Translations under genes and position numbers: made by a program | Notes under the pieces: generated by a model | What the model was told of the DNA's origin: nothing | The model's database searches: none | What the model saw: the letters and a program-made list of their open reading frames with translations, nothing else | DNA from: Patescibacteria group bacterium | GTDB lineage: Bacteria > Patescibacteriota > Patescibacteriia > Patescibacteriales > JAQTRU01 | Length of the DNA: 64,000 nt | Assembly: GCA_028716725.1 (NCBI GenBank) | Contig: JAQUPG010000008.1 | Coordinates: forward strand, 3,653-67,652 | Direction of reading: 5' to 3' | Part shown: positions 17,565-27,727 of the stretch, piece after piece | How positions within the stretch are numbered: the first letter of the stretch is position 1 | Layout: each line of letters starts with the position of its first letter

Positions 17565-18644
17565 TTATTCTTCAATAATTAATTTTCCCTGTTTTATTTG
17601 TTTTTTACAAGTTTCTGGCAAATCTGACCAGGCAATTAAATCAGAAAAAAATTTTTCTTTTTCCGGTTCTGCCATTAATTCCGGCTGGCTTAGCTTTGAT
17701 TTTAGGGGATAGAGAGAAAACTTGGTTTTTTCTTCTGTTAATTCTACTCCAACTGCCAGTTCCTCCTGTGTGTCGGAAGAAAAATATTGGTCAAAAATGA
17801 AATTGCCCAGAGAATAAAAAATCGGTTTATTTTTGTAAATTTCTAAACCCTGGACGACATGGGGATGATGCCCGATTATTATGTCAGCGCCCGTGTCAAT
17901 TAAAGTATGCGCTACCTCCTGCTGGATTTTATTAAATCGATGTTCGTATTCCGTTCCCCAGTGGATGTTAACAATAACCATGTCCGTTTGTCCGGCTAAA
18001 TTTTCTATTATTTTCTTCGCGGCCGCTTCGTCAAATTTTCTATAAACCATACTGAATCCGGTCAGTCCTATTTTTTTCCCCGCGATTTCTATTATTTTTC
18101 CGCTGCAATCTCCGGTTTGGCCATCCGGGCAGCCGCTATAATAAAAACCTTGGGTTTCCAGGTTATTTCTGGTCTCAATTATACCACGCTCGCCCTGGTC
18201 GGCAAAATGGTTATTGGCCAGGTTAAAGAAATTAAAATTGTATTTTTTTAGATTAGAGATTATCTCCGGAGAAAAAGAAAAATCATAAGACATCTCCGGC
18301 TTATAGTGGGCGCCGTTATCCGTAACCGCCCCTTCTAAATTCCCGCTTATAAGGTCATGGCCAGAGAAAAAATTTTTTTCATCCAAATTTTCAAAAAGAT
18401 AGGAAAATCCTTTTTGGCTAATTTTTTCTCCGACATGGCGGTCAAGCATTAAATCCCCAAGAAAAAGTATTTTTAAAGAGGCGATTTTACCGTCTTCTTG
18501 CCCGGGAGTAAGGAGCGAATGATTATTCGGCCTTTTTATTTCCGAATAAAATGCCAATATTAAAAATAGGGCGGTTAGAAGGACTGCGGCGAGGCTCAAG
18601 GTTTTTATTAGTTTTTTGGGGCTGGTTTTAAGGGGGAAATCCAT
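17565..18644 (-). CDS. CapA/PgsA-type metallophosphatase (poly-gamma-glutamate synthesis CapA family)
   Basis: LGDLMLDR, NLANNHFADQGERG, GHHPHV motifs; N-terminal TM. Confidence 0.75.
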   Translation of the reverse strand: MDFPLKTSPKKLIKTLSLAAVLLTALFLILAFYSEIKRPNNHSLLTPGQEDGKIASLKILFLGDLMLDRHVGEKISQKGFSYLFENLDEKNFFSGHDLISGNLEGAVTDNGAHYKPEMSYDFSFSPEIISNLKKYNFNFFNLANNHFADQGERGIIETRNNLETQGFYYSGCPDGQTGDCSGKIIEIAGKKIGLTGFSMVYRKFDEAAAKKIIENLAGQTDMVIVNIHWGTEYEHRFNKIQQEVAHTLIDTGADIIIGHHPHVVQGLEIYKNKPIFYSLGNFIFDQYFSSDTQEELAVGVELTEEKTKFSLYPLKSKLSQPELMAEPEKEKFFSDLIAWSDLPETCKKQIKQGKLIIEE

Positions 18645-18715
18645 AATTTAATTATAACGCAAATAAAGAAAAAACCATATCCAGGTATGGTTTTTTCTTT
18701 ATTTATAAATTGTAT

Positions 18716-19285
18716 TTATTTCCTCATCTTAACCTCGTAGTTTATCTGTTCTATCTTCCTTAAATTTCCTTTGGCCTGGTCGTATTTAGTGCGCAGGTAG
18801 CCGGCCATGTCAAAGACTATCAATTGGTCCATAATTTCATTCAGGGTGTTTTTTGTTTTCTCCACTTCGGAAAATTTTCCGGCCGCGGCCTGGTTAATGG
18901 CGTAGCGCACCAATTCGCCGGTCGTATCGCAAATTCCTCCCAAATAGCTTTCAAAGCTTAAATTTACTTCTTTAATTTTATCGATTTTTTTGCCGCTGAT
19001 TAAAAAATAAAACATTTTTGCCTCGGCATATTCTTCCGCTCCGGCCCGGTATGCCCCCTCTTCGTTAATCCTTTTCCAGCCGAAATTTTTTTCTAATTTC
19101 TGAAAAATTTTTTCTATGGCCTCGAGATTTTCTTCCGCCTTTTTAATCTCTCCCCGGTGCAGGGAAAAAATCACCCTCTTGGAATCATGCAGAACGATAT
19201 TAGCCAGGCTGATAATTTGCCGGCGCTGGCTATTTTGTTCGTCGTGTTCTTTTTTTAACTTCTCAATGAATTTTTTGTTTATCAT
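18716..19285 (-). CDS. Translin/TRAX family protein
   Basis: SYLGGICDTTGELVRYAIN...YLRTKYDQAKGNLRKIEQINYEV parallels the TRAX DYLLGVADLTGELMR... region. Confidence 0.65.
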   Translation of the reverse strand: MINKKFIEKLKKEHDEQNSQRRQIISLANIVLHDSKRVIFSLHRGEIKKAEENLEAIEKIFQKLEKNFGWKRINEEGAYRAGAEEYAEAKMFYFLISGKKIDKIKEVNLSFESYLGGICDTTGELVRYAINQAAAGKFSEVEKTKNTLNEIMDQLIVFDMAGYLRTKYDQAKGNLRKIEQINYEVKMRK

Positions 19286-19303
19286 ACTATAGTTTATAAT
19301 TTA

Positions 19304-21010
19304 TTACTTCTCTTCGGCGACCCTGAAGACCTCCTCAACGCTGGTCGTCCCGTCCAAAGCTTTTAAGAGTCCGTCCTGGACCATAGTCACCATTCCGTTT
19401 TTAACCGCGATTTCCCGGATATCATATTCGCTTAATTGCGCAGATAAAATCAGTTTTTCTATTTCTTTATTCATAATCAGAATTTCATAAATTCCAATCC
19501 GCCCCTTATAGCCAATTTCCTGGCAGGCCGGGCAGCCGGCGCCTTTATAAAATTTCAGGTTATTAAAATCAATTTCTTTTTTATATTCATCTGATAGTTT
19601 TTCCAGAATTTCTTTTACTCTTTTTAAAGTCTCTTCGTCAATTTCCGCCGGCTGTTTGCATTTTGCGCAAAGCCGCCTGACTAAGCGCTGGCCGATTATA
19701 GCGTTAATGGCCGGGGCAAGCAGAAACGGTTTAGCGCCCATGGACAGGAATCTCGGGATGGCGCCGGCGGCATCATTGGTGTGGATAGTGGATAAAACCA
19801 GATGCCCGGTTAAGGCCGCCTGGATGGCGACTTCCGCCGTTTCCAAATCGCGGATTTCGCCGACCATAATTACGTCCGGGTCCTGGCGGACAATCGAGCG
19901 CAGGGCTTTGCCGAAAGTGTAATCTTTATTCGTTTGAGACTGGTTTATTCCTTGAAGCTGGTATTCAATCGGGTCTTCAACCGTTATAATTTTAGTTTCC
20001 GGCTTGTTTAGTTTTTTTAAAATGGCGTAAAGGGTGGTCGTTTTACCGGATCCGGTCGGCCCGGTCGTGACGATCATGCCGTTGGGCCGCTCCACTTCCT
20101 TTTTTAACTGGTTGAAAGCTTTGTCTCTTATGCCTAAATCTTCAAAAGCCAGCCCGACCGTGCTGGAACGAAGCAATCTCATAACTACGCTTTCGCCGTA
20201 GTTAGTGGGAAGGAAAGAAACTCTTATATCAATCCGTTCCTTTTTGGTATAAATGGAAATGCGGCCGTCCTGGGGCTTGTCATTGATATTTATTTTTACG
20301 CCGGCCAGGCCTTTTAAGCGGGAAATAATTTTTTGCCAAAATTGCTTGTCCAAAATGGCGATATCATGCAGCACGCCGTCAATTCTTAAACGGACTTTTA
20401 TTTCTTTCTCCTCCGCTTCTATATGCATATCCGAAGACCCTGATTTAATCGCCGCCGCCATAATGATAGTAATGGTGTCGCTGATTTGGGAGCCGTTAAT
20501 TTTTTCCTGCAAATCGCGGAAAGAGGAAAATTCTTCGCTGTATTTTTCCAACTCTTCCTCGGTTATTTTTACTCCTTTTATATGCTCGGTAACTTTCGGG
20601 ATTGTTTTATAGAGTTTTAAGGCGTAGTTTAAACTAAAGGAAGAAATTAAATAAATTTTTCCATTAGTATGGTATTTTTCGTTTATTTTTTTAAAAAGTT
20701 CTTCAACCTGGCTATTGTCCGGATCCGCCGTTCCCAGGCGGATATTCCGGCCGTCATAATGAAAACAAACCGTTTTTAAACGGCTGGCTTCCCCCTCGTC
20801 TATAAGAGCGAGGGCTTCGGGGCTGATAGGGAAGCCGTATAAATTAATATAAGGCAGGCCTAAACTCGCCGCTTCTTTTTCCGCCGCCGCTTCCGCTTCT
20901 TTCATTTTTATTTCCCCCTGTTTTTTGGAAAATTTGGCCTGGGCGCTCTCGTCTTCCTCCTTTTCTGGCGGAATGATTAAGTCTTCAATTGATTGGGTAT
21001 TTTTAGCCAT
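19304..21010 (-). CDS. GspE/PilB-type secretion/pilus assembly ATPase
   Basis: TGPTGSGKTTT Walker A, MVGEIRD, HLVLSTIHTNDA, C-terminal CxxC...CxxC. Confidence 0.9.
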   Translation of the reverse strand: MAKNTQSIEDLIIPPEKEEDESAQAKFSKKQGEIKMKEAEAAAEKEAASLGLPYINLYGFPISPEALALIDEGEASRLKTVCFHYDGRNIRLGTADPDNSQVEELFKKINEKYHTNGKIYLISSFSLNYALKLYKTIPKVTEHIKGVKITEEELEKYSEEFSSFRDLQEKINGSQISDTITIIMAAAIKSGSSDMHIEAEEKEIKVRLRIDGVLHDIAILDKQFWQKIISRLKGLAGVKININDKPQDGRISIYTKKERIDIRVSFLPTNYGESVVMRLLRSSTVGLAFEDLGIRDKAFNQLKKEVERPNGMIVTTGPTGSGKTTTLYAILKKLNKPETKIITVEDPIEYQLQGINQSQTNKDYTFGKALRSIVRQDPDVIMVGEIRDLETAEVAIQAALTGHLVLSTIHTNDAAGAIPRFLSMGAKPFLLAPAINAIIGQRLVRRLCAKCKQPAEIDEETLKRVKEILEKLSDEYKKEIDFNNLKFYKGAGCPACQEIGYKGRIGIYEILIMNKEIEKLILSAQLSEYDIREIAVKNGMVTMVQDGLLKALDGTTSVEEVFRVAEEK

Positions 21011-21114
21011 AAATTAAATAAGTAGAAATAGGTTGTAATTTAATCATAGCAGAATAGAAAAAATAAATAAAGAAGGCTTTTGGCCTTCTTTATTATAATA
21101 AATTTTTATTTTTT

Positions 21115-22143
21115 TTATTTTCTCCATCCCTCAACTATCCTTTCAATTTTACTCACTCCCCCGCGGCTGACCAGCTCTGTAAAAAGGCCGGTCCAGGAAG
21201 TTATCTGGAAAGTCGTTAAAGCCGCTCCGCCGCCGACGACTATGGCGAGCAGAACAACCAAGCCGACAATAATTATCAGCCAGAAGCCGATAAAAGATAT
21301 GGCTTTGTATAAAATAAGAGCCAGGAATAAGAAGGGCACAATTAAAATTAAGACGGCTAAAATTATAGCCAGTCCCACCAAGAAGCTGATAAAGAATAAA
21401 ATAAAAGCCATTTCAATGCTTATGAGCCAGTTTTTGGTAAATAATTGCCAGCCCTCTTTTATGGCGTCGGCAAAACGGCTGCCCTTTATAACCACATAGC
21501 AGATAGCGTATTTAACTATAAAAGAAAGGACAATCGCCAGCGGAATAAGAAGTATAAATAAAATTATGTATAGGGAGGCCGTTATTGCCGGGCTCATTCT
21601 CGCCGCCCAAAAGACAACCGGCAGGCTGATTAAGAAAAAAGCCAGGCAGATAATAATTTTTATAATTATATTTAGCCCCAGGACCGGCCAAAAATATTTT
21701 ACTCCGGCGGCCACCCCTCTTCTAACTCCGGAAGGCAGCTCTTTTTTGTTGCCGATAATTTCTGCGGAATTATTTACCAAAGCGGTTTGAGAAACAATCA
21801 TCAGCCAGATTAAGAAAATAAAAAGAGCTAAAATAACCAAGCTAACCAGAATTAAAATAATAGCCGTAACGGGGTCAGTTTTTAAGAGCCCGCCCATATT
21901 AGCCAGGCCGGTTCGGCTAAAAATTCCGGTTTCGGCCAGCCGGGAAAAGTTAGGAAAAAGATTTTGAGTCGTATCGCCGCCGATTCCCCGGACAAGAACT
22001 TGATATTCCCCGCCGCCGCCGATTAGAGTGGCGAATAGACCGAAGAACCACAAGTACTTATGGCGCCAAGTAATGGAAAGGGCCTGCTTTAGAATGTTGC
22101 GATAAAGAGACATATAATTGGAATGATAAATGTCAAATGACAA
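21115..22143 (-). CDS. Hypothetical polytopic membrane protein
   Basis: 342 aa, many TM segments. Confidence 0.5.
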   Translation of the reverse strand: MSFDIYHSNYMSLYRNILKQALSITWRHKYLWFFGLFATLIGGGGEYQVLVRGIGGDTTQNLFPNFSRLAETGIFSRTGLANMGGLLKTDPVTAIILILVSLVILALFIFLIWLMIVSQTALVNNSAEIIGNKKELPSGVRRGVAAGVKYFWPVLGLNIIIKIIICLAFFLISLPVVFWAARMSPAITASLYIILFILLIPLAIVLSFIVKYAICYVVIKGSRFADAIKEGWQLFTKNWLISIEMAFILFFISFLVGLAIILAVLILIVPFLFLALILYKAISFIGFWLIIIVGLVVLLAIVVGGGAALTTFQITSWTGLFTELVSRGGVSKIERIVEGWRK

Positions 22144-22318
22144 ATATCAAATTAAAATTATTAGTTATATTTATATTATAACATAATATTTAGGAATCAA
22201 GAAGTTAAAAAGTGTTATTAGTGTTTTATTGACAAAAATTAAATTGTATGCTATATTATTTAATCCAAGATTTTAGCTCATTCACAAAAAAAACACCCCT
22301 CAAAAAGGATATACAACT

Positions 22319-22729
22319 ATGGGAACGGAAAGAAAAAAGCTGGTTATGGTGGTCTGCCCAGACCGCACAAGAAGGTGCAATATAAGGAATGGTTTGGCCA
22401 GAGCGGGAATTAGGCCCGAAATGATTGTTGAAATAGGTGATATTACTTCTGCCCTGGCAAATTTGATGACCTACGAATTCACCATGATTTTTTCAGACCA
22501 TAACGGTGTAATAAACGCCCTTGATTTTCTGAAGCAATTAAAGGAGTTTGAAAAAGGTAAATTCAAGAACATCCCTTTCGTTATAATAGCAAAGAAGGGG
22601 GTGCTGGAGGATGTTTTCGAAGCAGGAAAACTGGGGGTGATGGGCTTTATCTTGTTTGATCCCCCGGCGACAACCGAATTCGAATTTTTAAAGAAACTGA
22701 AGGATTTGTTAACGGGGTGGTTGATTTGA
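22319..22729 (+). CDS. CheY-like receiver-domain protein with degenerate active site
   Basis: LVMVVCPD ... MIFSDHN ... FVIIAK layout; conserved Lys position not evident. Confidence 0.45.
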   Translation: MGTERKKLVMVVCPDRTRRCNIRNGLARAGIRPEMIVEIGDITSALANLMTYEFTMIFSDHNGVINALDFLKQLKEFEKGKFKNIPFVIIAKKGVLEDVFEAGKLGVMGFILFDPPATTEFEFLKKLKDLLTGWLI

Positions 22730-22765
22730 GCCGTTTTTCTTGTGAAGAAGACGGCTCATTTTTAT

Positions 22766-22881
22766 TTGACTTTTCCCGCTTAAAGAGTTAAATTTAAAGT
22801 ATAAAATAACTAACCCAAGGAGGAAACCCCGATGAGATAAATTAATATCTCACGGGGCAAGGGAGGGTTAGTTTTTTTTGT
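22766..22881 (+). promoter_or_regulatory. Promoter plus terminator-shaped leader hairpin upstream of purN-purL
   Basis: TTGACT(22766-22771)-N17-TAAATT; outer stem AACTAACCC(22808-22816)/GGGTTAGTT(22865-22873), purine-rich internal loop, inner stem CCCCGATGAGAT/ATCTCACGGGG, then T8; SD + ATG AGA TAA mini-ORF at 22832-22840. Confidence 0.4.
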
Positions 22882-22948
22882 CCTTTGATAGAGGGAATGG
22901 AGAATAATGAGTTTTTGATAAATCACACGAAACCGAAGGGAGACGGAG

Positions 22949-23644
22949 ATGAAAGATAATAGTCTGTCAAAACCGAAAGTTTTAGTTTTTGCCTCGGGTA
23001 GTAAGGATGGCGGCGGTTCTGGATTTCTGGAATTGGTAGAATTTTCCAGAACGACCCCGCCAGTTCTTGATGCCGAAATTGTCGGTGTCGTTTCAAATCA
23101 CTCTGAAGGTGGAGTCTACAAAAAAGCAGAAAGATTAGGTGTTCCTTTTTGCCATTGGTCAGGACCTTTTGGAGCAGGTGGCTATGAGTATTATGTAAAT
23201 ATGTTTAGAGCTGATTACGTGATGCTCTCTGGTTGGTTAAAGCTCGTTCACGGCTTAGATCCAGTCCGAACAGTTAATATTCATCCCGGGCCTCTGCCGG
23301 AATTCGGGGGTCCAGGCATGTATGGCCATCATGTTCATGAAGCGGTTATGCGGGCTTACCGTGAGGGAAAAATAACTCAAAGTGCGGTAACCATGCATTT
23401 CGTGGATGAAAGATATGACCATGGGCCAATAATTTTTCAGCTGCCGGTTTTAATCCGGCCGGATGATACGCCGGAAACGCTGGCTGGGCGCGTGAATGAA
23501 AAAGAGCGGGCTTGGCAAAGCTTCATTCTTAACCTGGTGGTTAACGGACATATCAGGTTAGAAGGTGAAATGGACAATTGGCAACTGATTGCCGAAAAGA
23601 AATTCACCGGAGAAGTTCCCGGATTCATAGGCAAGTATATTTAA
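22949..23644 (+). CDS. purN: Phosphoribosylglycinamide formyltransferase
   Basis: VFASGSKDGGGSG, NIHPGPLP, HFVDERYDHGPII motifs. Confidence 0.8.
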   Translation: MKDNSLSKPKVLVFASGSKDGGGSGFLELVEFSRTTPPVLDAEIVGVVSNHSEGGVYKKAERLGVPFCHWSGPFGAGGYEYYVNMFRADYVMLSGWLKLVHGLDPVRTVNIHPGPLPEFGGPGMYGHHVHEAVMRAYREGKITQSAVTMHFVDERYDHGPIIFQLPVLIRPDDTPETLAGRVNEKERAWQSFILNLVVNGHIRLEGEMDNWQLIAEKKFTGEVPGFIGKYI

Positions 23645-23659
23645 GAAAGTGAGAAAAAA

Positions 23660-26600
23660 ATGAGCCAAGAAATGTATCACTTTTACACGACCCCCTTCTT
23701 ATCCGACGAAAAAATCGCGGCTTTGCATTTGACGCTTGGCGGACTGGTTAATGATCTAACTGGCGTGCGGAGTGAGCGGGTTTTCAATGTCGGATCAGAC
23801 AGGGCTTTGACGGAAAAAGAGTTGGAGATACTCAAGTCATTGCTTCACTATCCGCAGTTGCATAACATAGCGGATAACACCTTTTTAGATTGGAGCAGAA
23901 ATACGCTTGAGGTGGCGCCGCGGTTGAATTTCGCAACTTCGGATTCAACCAACGCAGTTTCCATCTGCCAGTCTTGCGGCTTACCGTCTATCTTTCGGGT
24001 TGAACAGGGAAGGCGTTATCGGTTGCTTTTAGGCAACAGGGTCATAACGGATGAAGAAAGAGAACGAATATTGCCCTTGCTTCATGACAAGATGGTGGAG
24101 TGTTTCTATCCGGGCAAACTCAAATCTTTCGACGTAAAACGCGACCCGGAGGAGTACATCACCATTCCGGTGATGGAACGGGGTATTGAAGCTTTGCGAG
24201 AGGCCAATAAGGAATACGGCACTGGCATGGACGAGATGGATATCGGCTACTATTACCATCTGATCACGGAATTACTTAAGCGAAATCCGACTTTGGCCGA
24301 GTTTAGGGATTTGGGTAATTCCAACTCTGAGCATTCGCGCCATCACGTCTTCCGCGCCAAATTGATTATCGATGGCGTTGAAGCGCCGTTTACCTTAATG
24401 GAGCTGATCAGGGGCACGCTCAAAAACACAGCCAACAGCGTTATCGCTTTTCATGATAATTCCTCGGCCATAGCCGGTTATCCGGTTTCGGTTTTGATTC
24501 CGACAGATCCGAGTATGCCCTCGCCGATGAGAATGGCTGAATTGCTGTATCATTTTGTTTTGACCTGCGAAACCCATAACCATCCTTGTCTTTGGGCCGC
24601 TTATCCCGGCGCCGCGACAGGCGGCGGCGGCAGACGGCGGGACAATGAGGATGTAGGACGCGGTGGCATCGTAGTGGCAGCTTCAACCGGATTCTTGGGC
24701 GGAAACCTTTATTTGCCCGATTACCCGTTGCCCTGGGAAGATCCGTCTTTCAAGTACGACCCTAGGACTGAAGCGCCGATTGACTTTTTTATCAAAGCGA
24801 CTAACGGTGCATTTAATGACGGCAACGAGTTTGGTGAACCGGTTATCCTGGGCTTTGCCGAAAGTCTGGGAATTATAATCGGCAAGGAACGCTGGGAAAA
24901 TATCAAGCCAGTGATGTTTACCGGTGGTTTCGGTTTTATAGACCAACGGCATATCGCCAAACGTCAGCCGGAAAAAGGATGGTATGTTGTAAAATTCGGC
25001 GGTTTAGGATATTTGGTTGGTGATGGCGGCGGATCCGCTTCATCAATGATTCAGGGACAGAATGACGCCGACCTGGATTTCAAATCGGTTCAGCGCGCTG
25101 ACGGAGAAATGGCACGTAAGGCCGACAGTGTGATCAGGGCTTGTATCCATTTGGGAGACGATAACCCGATTGAAGTGGCTCATGATCAAGGAGCTGGAGG
25201 CAATGGCAATATACTGAAGGAGCTCGTTGATCCGGCTGGCGCTGAACTCTATCTTAGGGCAATTCCTCTGGGCGACAAGACCATGACCGTGGATCAAATC
25301 TGGGTAGCTGAATATCAGGAAAATCACGGAGTGTTGGTTCGTCCGGAGAATTGGAAAAAGTTTAAAGCTATCTGCGAACGGTATAAATGCCCCTATGCTA
25401 TAGTGGGCGTGATTACTGGCGACGGCAAGGTCGTGGTGATTGACAAAAAAAACAAGACCAAGCCGATTGATCTGAAATTGCAACATATTTTCGGTGATTA
25501 CCCCCAGAAGACCTATGAGGATAATACCAGAAAGCTGGATCTTAGGCCCTTGGCATTGCCATCGGGGTTAACGGTCAGGCAGGCGCAAGAGCTGGTGTTT
25601 CGGCTGATGGGAGTGGCTTCGCATGAATGGATTACGGATAAAGTGGATAGAAGCGTAACCGGCAAAGTGGTGCAGCAACAATGTGTCGGTCCGTTGCAAA
25701 TTCCTTTGTCCAATTATTCCATAATTACGCCAGGGCCTTTCACAACCACGGGCGAGGCGAATTCGATTGGCCAATGCCCATCTATTGGTTTGATTTCATC
25801 TGAATCAATGGCCAGAATGGCGGCGGCGCGAGCGCTCCTAAAGTTGATATGCGTCAAGGTTAGTCGGCGCGATGGGATTAAGGTCTCGGCAAACTGGATG
25901 CTGGCAGCGAAATTGCCCGGCGGTTTGGCCTGGCTCTATTACGCCGCTAAAGCGTTGCACGATTTTCTGGCCTTAATCGGAGTTGATGTTGATGGCGGCA
26001 AGGATTCACTGTCTATGGCCGCTAAAGTCGCCGACGAAATTATCAGGTCTTTCGGTACTTTAGTTATTTCCACTTACGCGGCTTGTCCGGACTACCGGCT
26101 GAGATTGACGCCGGATATCAAATGTCCGGGAGAAAGCAGGCTAATGTATCTGGACTTGGCTAATGGACAAACTCGTTTAGGCGGCAGCGCTTTGGCGCAT
26201 GTGCTTAAGCAGGTTGGTACCGAATGTCCGGACGCTGACGCAGAACAATTGAACGCGGCGTTTGACTTGGTACAAACAATTTTGGAAACAGATTTACTCT
26301 TGTCAGGCCATAAACGAAGTCGCGGCGGATTGGTTGCGACGCTTTCTGAAATGGCTTTCGCCGGAAATTGCGGTTTGGATTTGTCTCTTGCTCATCTAGG
26401 CAACCCCTCGGCTTTGGCCATGATGTACAACGAGGAGCTGGGCATGGTGTTTGAGTATCTGCCCAAACATGAGCAGGAGTTAATTGACAGGTTCGGATCG
26501 GCCGGATTGGAAAAGGCTGTGCATCTGATCGGGACGACCCAAAGGGAAAAGCGAATTAAAATCGCTTATAATGGCGAAGCGGTTCTGGATGAAGATATGA

Positions 26601-27580
26601 GGCAGTCGCGGCAGACTTGGCGTGACACGTCTTTCCATCTAGACCTCAAGCAAACGACCAGGTCTTGTGCTTTGGCCAAGCGCAAGAATATCTTTGATCG
26701 CGTCGGACCGAACTACCGCTTAACCTTTGATCCGGATTTATATCCGGCGGTAACTCTGGATTATCCGGGCAAGCCAAGGGTGGCAATCATCCTGGAAGAA
26801 GGCTCAAACTCGGACGAGGAGATGAAAAACGCGTTTTATCTGGCTGGCTTTGATCCTTGGGATGTCCATATGACCGATATCGCTTCCGGAAAAATTAGTT
26901 TGAGCATTTTCCGCGGTGTGGCATTTGTCGGCGGATTTTCCTACAAAGATGTTCTCGGGTCAGCCAAGGGTTGGGCGGGCGTAATTAGGTATAATGAGCG
27001 CGTGGCTCAAGAGTTCGCCGATTTCTTCGCCCGGCCAGATACTTTCAGTCTGGGTATCTGTAACGGCTGCCAGTTGATGGCCTTGCTCGGCATCGTGCCT
27101 TTCAAGGTTGATGAGGCTAAGCAACCGGTGTTCGTCCAAAACAAGAGTGAACGGTTTGAATCAGGTTTCCCGAATGTCCGAATTTTTCATTCCAATTCAA
27201 TTTTCCTCAAAGGCATGGAAGGTTCGGTGTTAGGCGCGCCAGTAGCGCATGGAGAGGGAAAGTCATTTTTCCCTGACCAGGAAATAATGCAAACAGTGCT
27301 GGCAGAAAATCTGGCGCCCATCAGGTTCGTGGACGATTATGGTGCGCCCACGGAAGATTATCCCTTAAACCCCAACGGTTCGCCGTTGGGCATTACCGCG
27401 TTATGTGATCGCACCGGACGGCATTTAGCTTTTATGGAGCATCCGGAAAGGGTACATATTCCGTACCAATGGCATTGGTGGCCCAGGGAGTGGAAGTATA
27501 TTAACTCCCCCTGGCTGAGGCTGTTTCAGAACGCCTTCCGTTGGTGTCAGGCCACCGAAGATCTTTCGAACATTCAATAA
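23660..27580 (+). CDS. purL: Phosphoribosylformylglycinamidine synthase, single-chain large type
   Basis: 1306 aa; ETHNHP, AIR-synthase-like repeats, C-terminal glutaminase GICNGCQ...HGEG. Confidence 0.95.
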   Translation: MSQEMYHFYTTPFLSDEKIAALHLTLGGLVNDLTGVRSERVFNVGSDRALTEKELEILKSLLHYPQLHNIADNTFLDWSRNTLEVAPRLNFATSDSTNAVSICQSCGLPSIFRVEQGRRYRLLLGNRVITDEERERILPLLHDKMVECFYPGKLKSFDVKRDPEEYITIPVMERGIEALREANKEYGTGMDEMDIGYYYHLITELLKRNPTLAEFRDLGNSNSEHSRHHVFRAKLIIDGVEAPFTLMELIRGTLKNTANSVIAFHDNSSAIAGYPVSVLIPTDPSMPSPMRMAELLYHFVLTCETHNHPCLWAAYPGAATGGGGRRRDNEDVGRGGIVVAASTGFLGGNLYLPDYPLPWEDPSFKYDPRTEAPIDFFIKATNGAFNDGNEFGEPVILGFAESLGIIIGKERWENIKPVMFTGGFGFIDQRHIAKRQPEKGWYVVKFGGLGYLVGDGGGSASSMIQGQNDADLDFKSVQRADGEMARKADSVIRACIHLGDDNPIEVAHDQGAGGNGNILKELVDPAGAELYLRAIPLGDKTMTVDQIWVAEYQENHGVLVRPENWKKFKAICERYKCPYAIVGVITGDGKVVVIDKKNKTKPIDLKLQHIFGDYPQKTYEDNTRKLDLRPLALPSGLTVRQAQELVFRLMGVASHEWITDKVDRSVTGKVVQQQCVGPLQIPLSNYSIITPGPFTTTGEANSIGQCPSIGLISSESMARMAAARALLKLICVKVSRRDGIKVSANWMLAAKLPGGLAWLYYAAKALHDFLALIGVDVDGGKDSLSMAAKVADEIIRSFGTLVISTYAACPDYRLRLTPDIKCPGESRLMYLDLANGQTRLGGSALAHVLKQVGTECPDADAEQLNAAFDLVQTILETDLLLSGHKRSRGGLVATLSEMAFAGNCGLDLSLAHLGNPSALAMMYNEELGMVFEYLPKHEQELIDRFGSAGLEKAVHLIGTTQREKRIKIAYNGEAVLDEDMRQSRQTWRDTSFHLDLKQTTRSCALAKRKNIFDRVGPNYRLTFDPDLYPAVTLDYPGKPRVAIILEEGSNSDEEMKNAFYLAGFDPWDVHMTDIASGKISLSIFRGVAFVGGFSYKDVLGSAKGWAGVIRYNERVAQEFADFFARPDTFSLGICNGCQLMALLGIVPFKVDEAKQPVFVQNKSERFESGFPNVRIFHSNSIFLKGMEGSVLGAPVAHGEGKSFFPDQEIMQTVLAENLAPIRFVDDYGAPTEDYPLNPNGSPLGITALCDRTGRHLAFMEHPERVHIPYQWHWWPREWKYINSPWLRLFQNAFRWCQATEDLSNIQ

Positions 27581-27597
27581 CAAGGAGTAAAACCTTT

Positions 27598-27635
27598 AAA
27601 CCCCGCCAACACGAAGTTGGCGGGATTTATTTTAC
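27598..27635 (+). terminator. Intrinsic terminator of purL
   Basis: CCCGCCAAC-ACGAA-GTTGGCGGG followed by a T-rich run. Confidence 0.65.
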
Positions 27636-27637
27636 CT

Positions 27638-27691
27638 AAAAAAAGAGGCTCGGTTAAACGTGATGATATTGCTATCACGTTTAACCGAGCC
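27638..27691 (-). terminator. Strong intrinsic terminator ending the small-ORF operon
   Basis: Perfect 18-bp stem 27647-27664 / 27674-27691; on the - strand followed by CTCTTTTTTT. Confidence 0.75.
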
Positions 27692-27696
27692 AAAAG

Positions 27697-27726
27697 CTAC
27701 CATTCGTCCCAGTCCCAACCGTACAT
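27697..27726 (-). CDS. 9-codon Trp-rich mini-ORF MYGWDWDEW (translation plausible, function unknown)
   Basis: GGAGGG 5 nt upstream; ATG overlaps the upstream stop (TAAGATG); the terminator follows directly. Confidence 0.25.
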   Translation of the reverse strand: MYGWDWDEW

Positions 27727-27727
27727 C

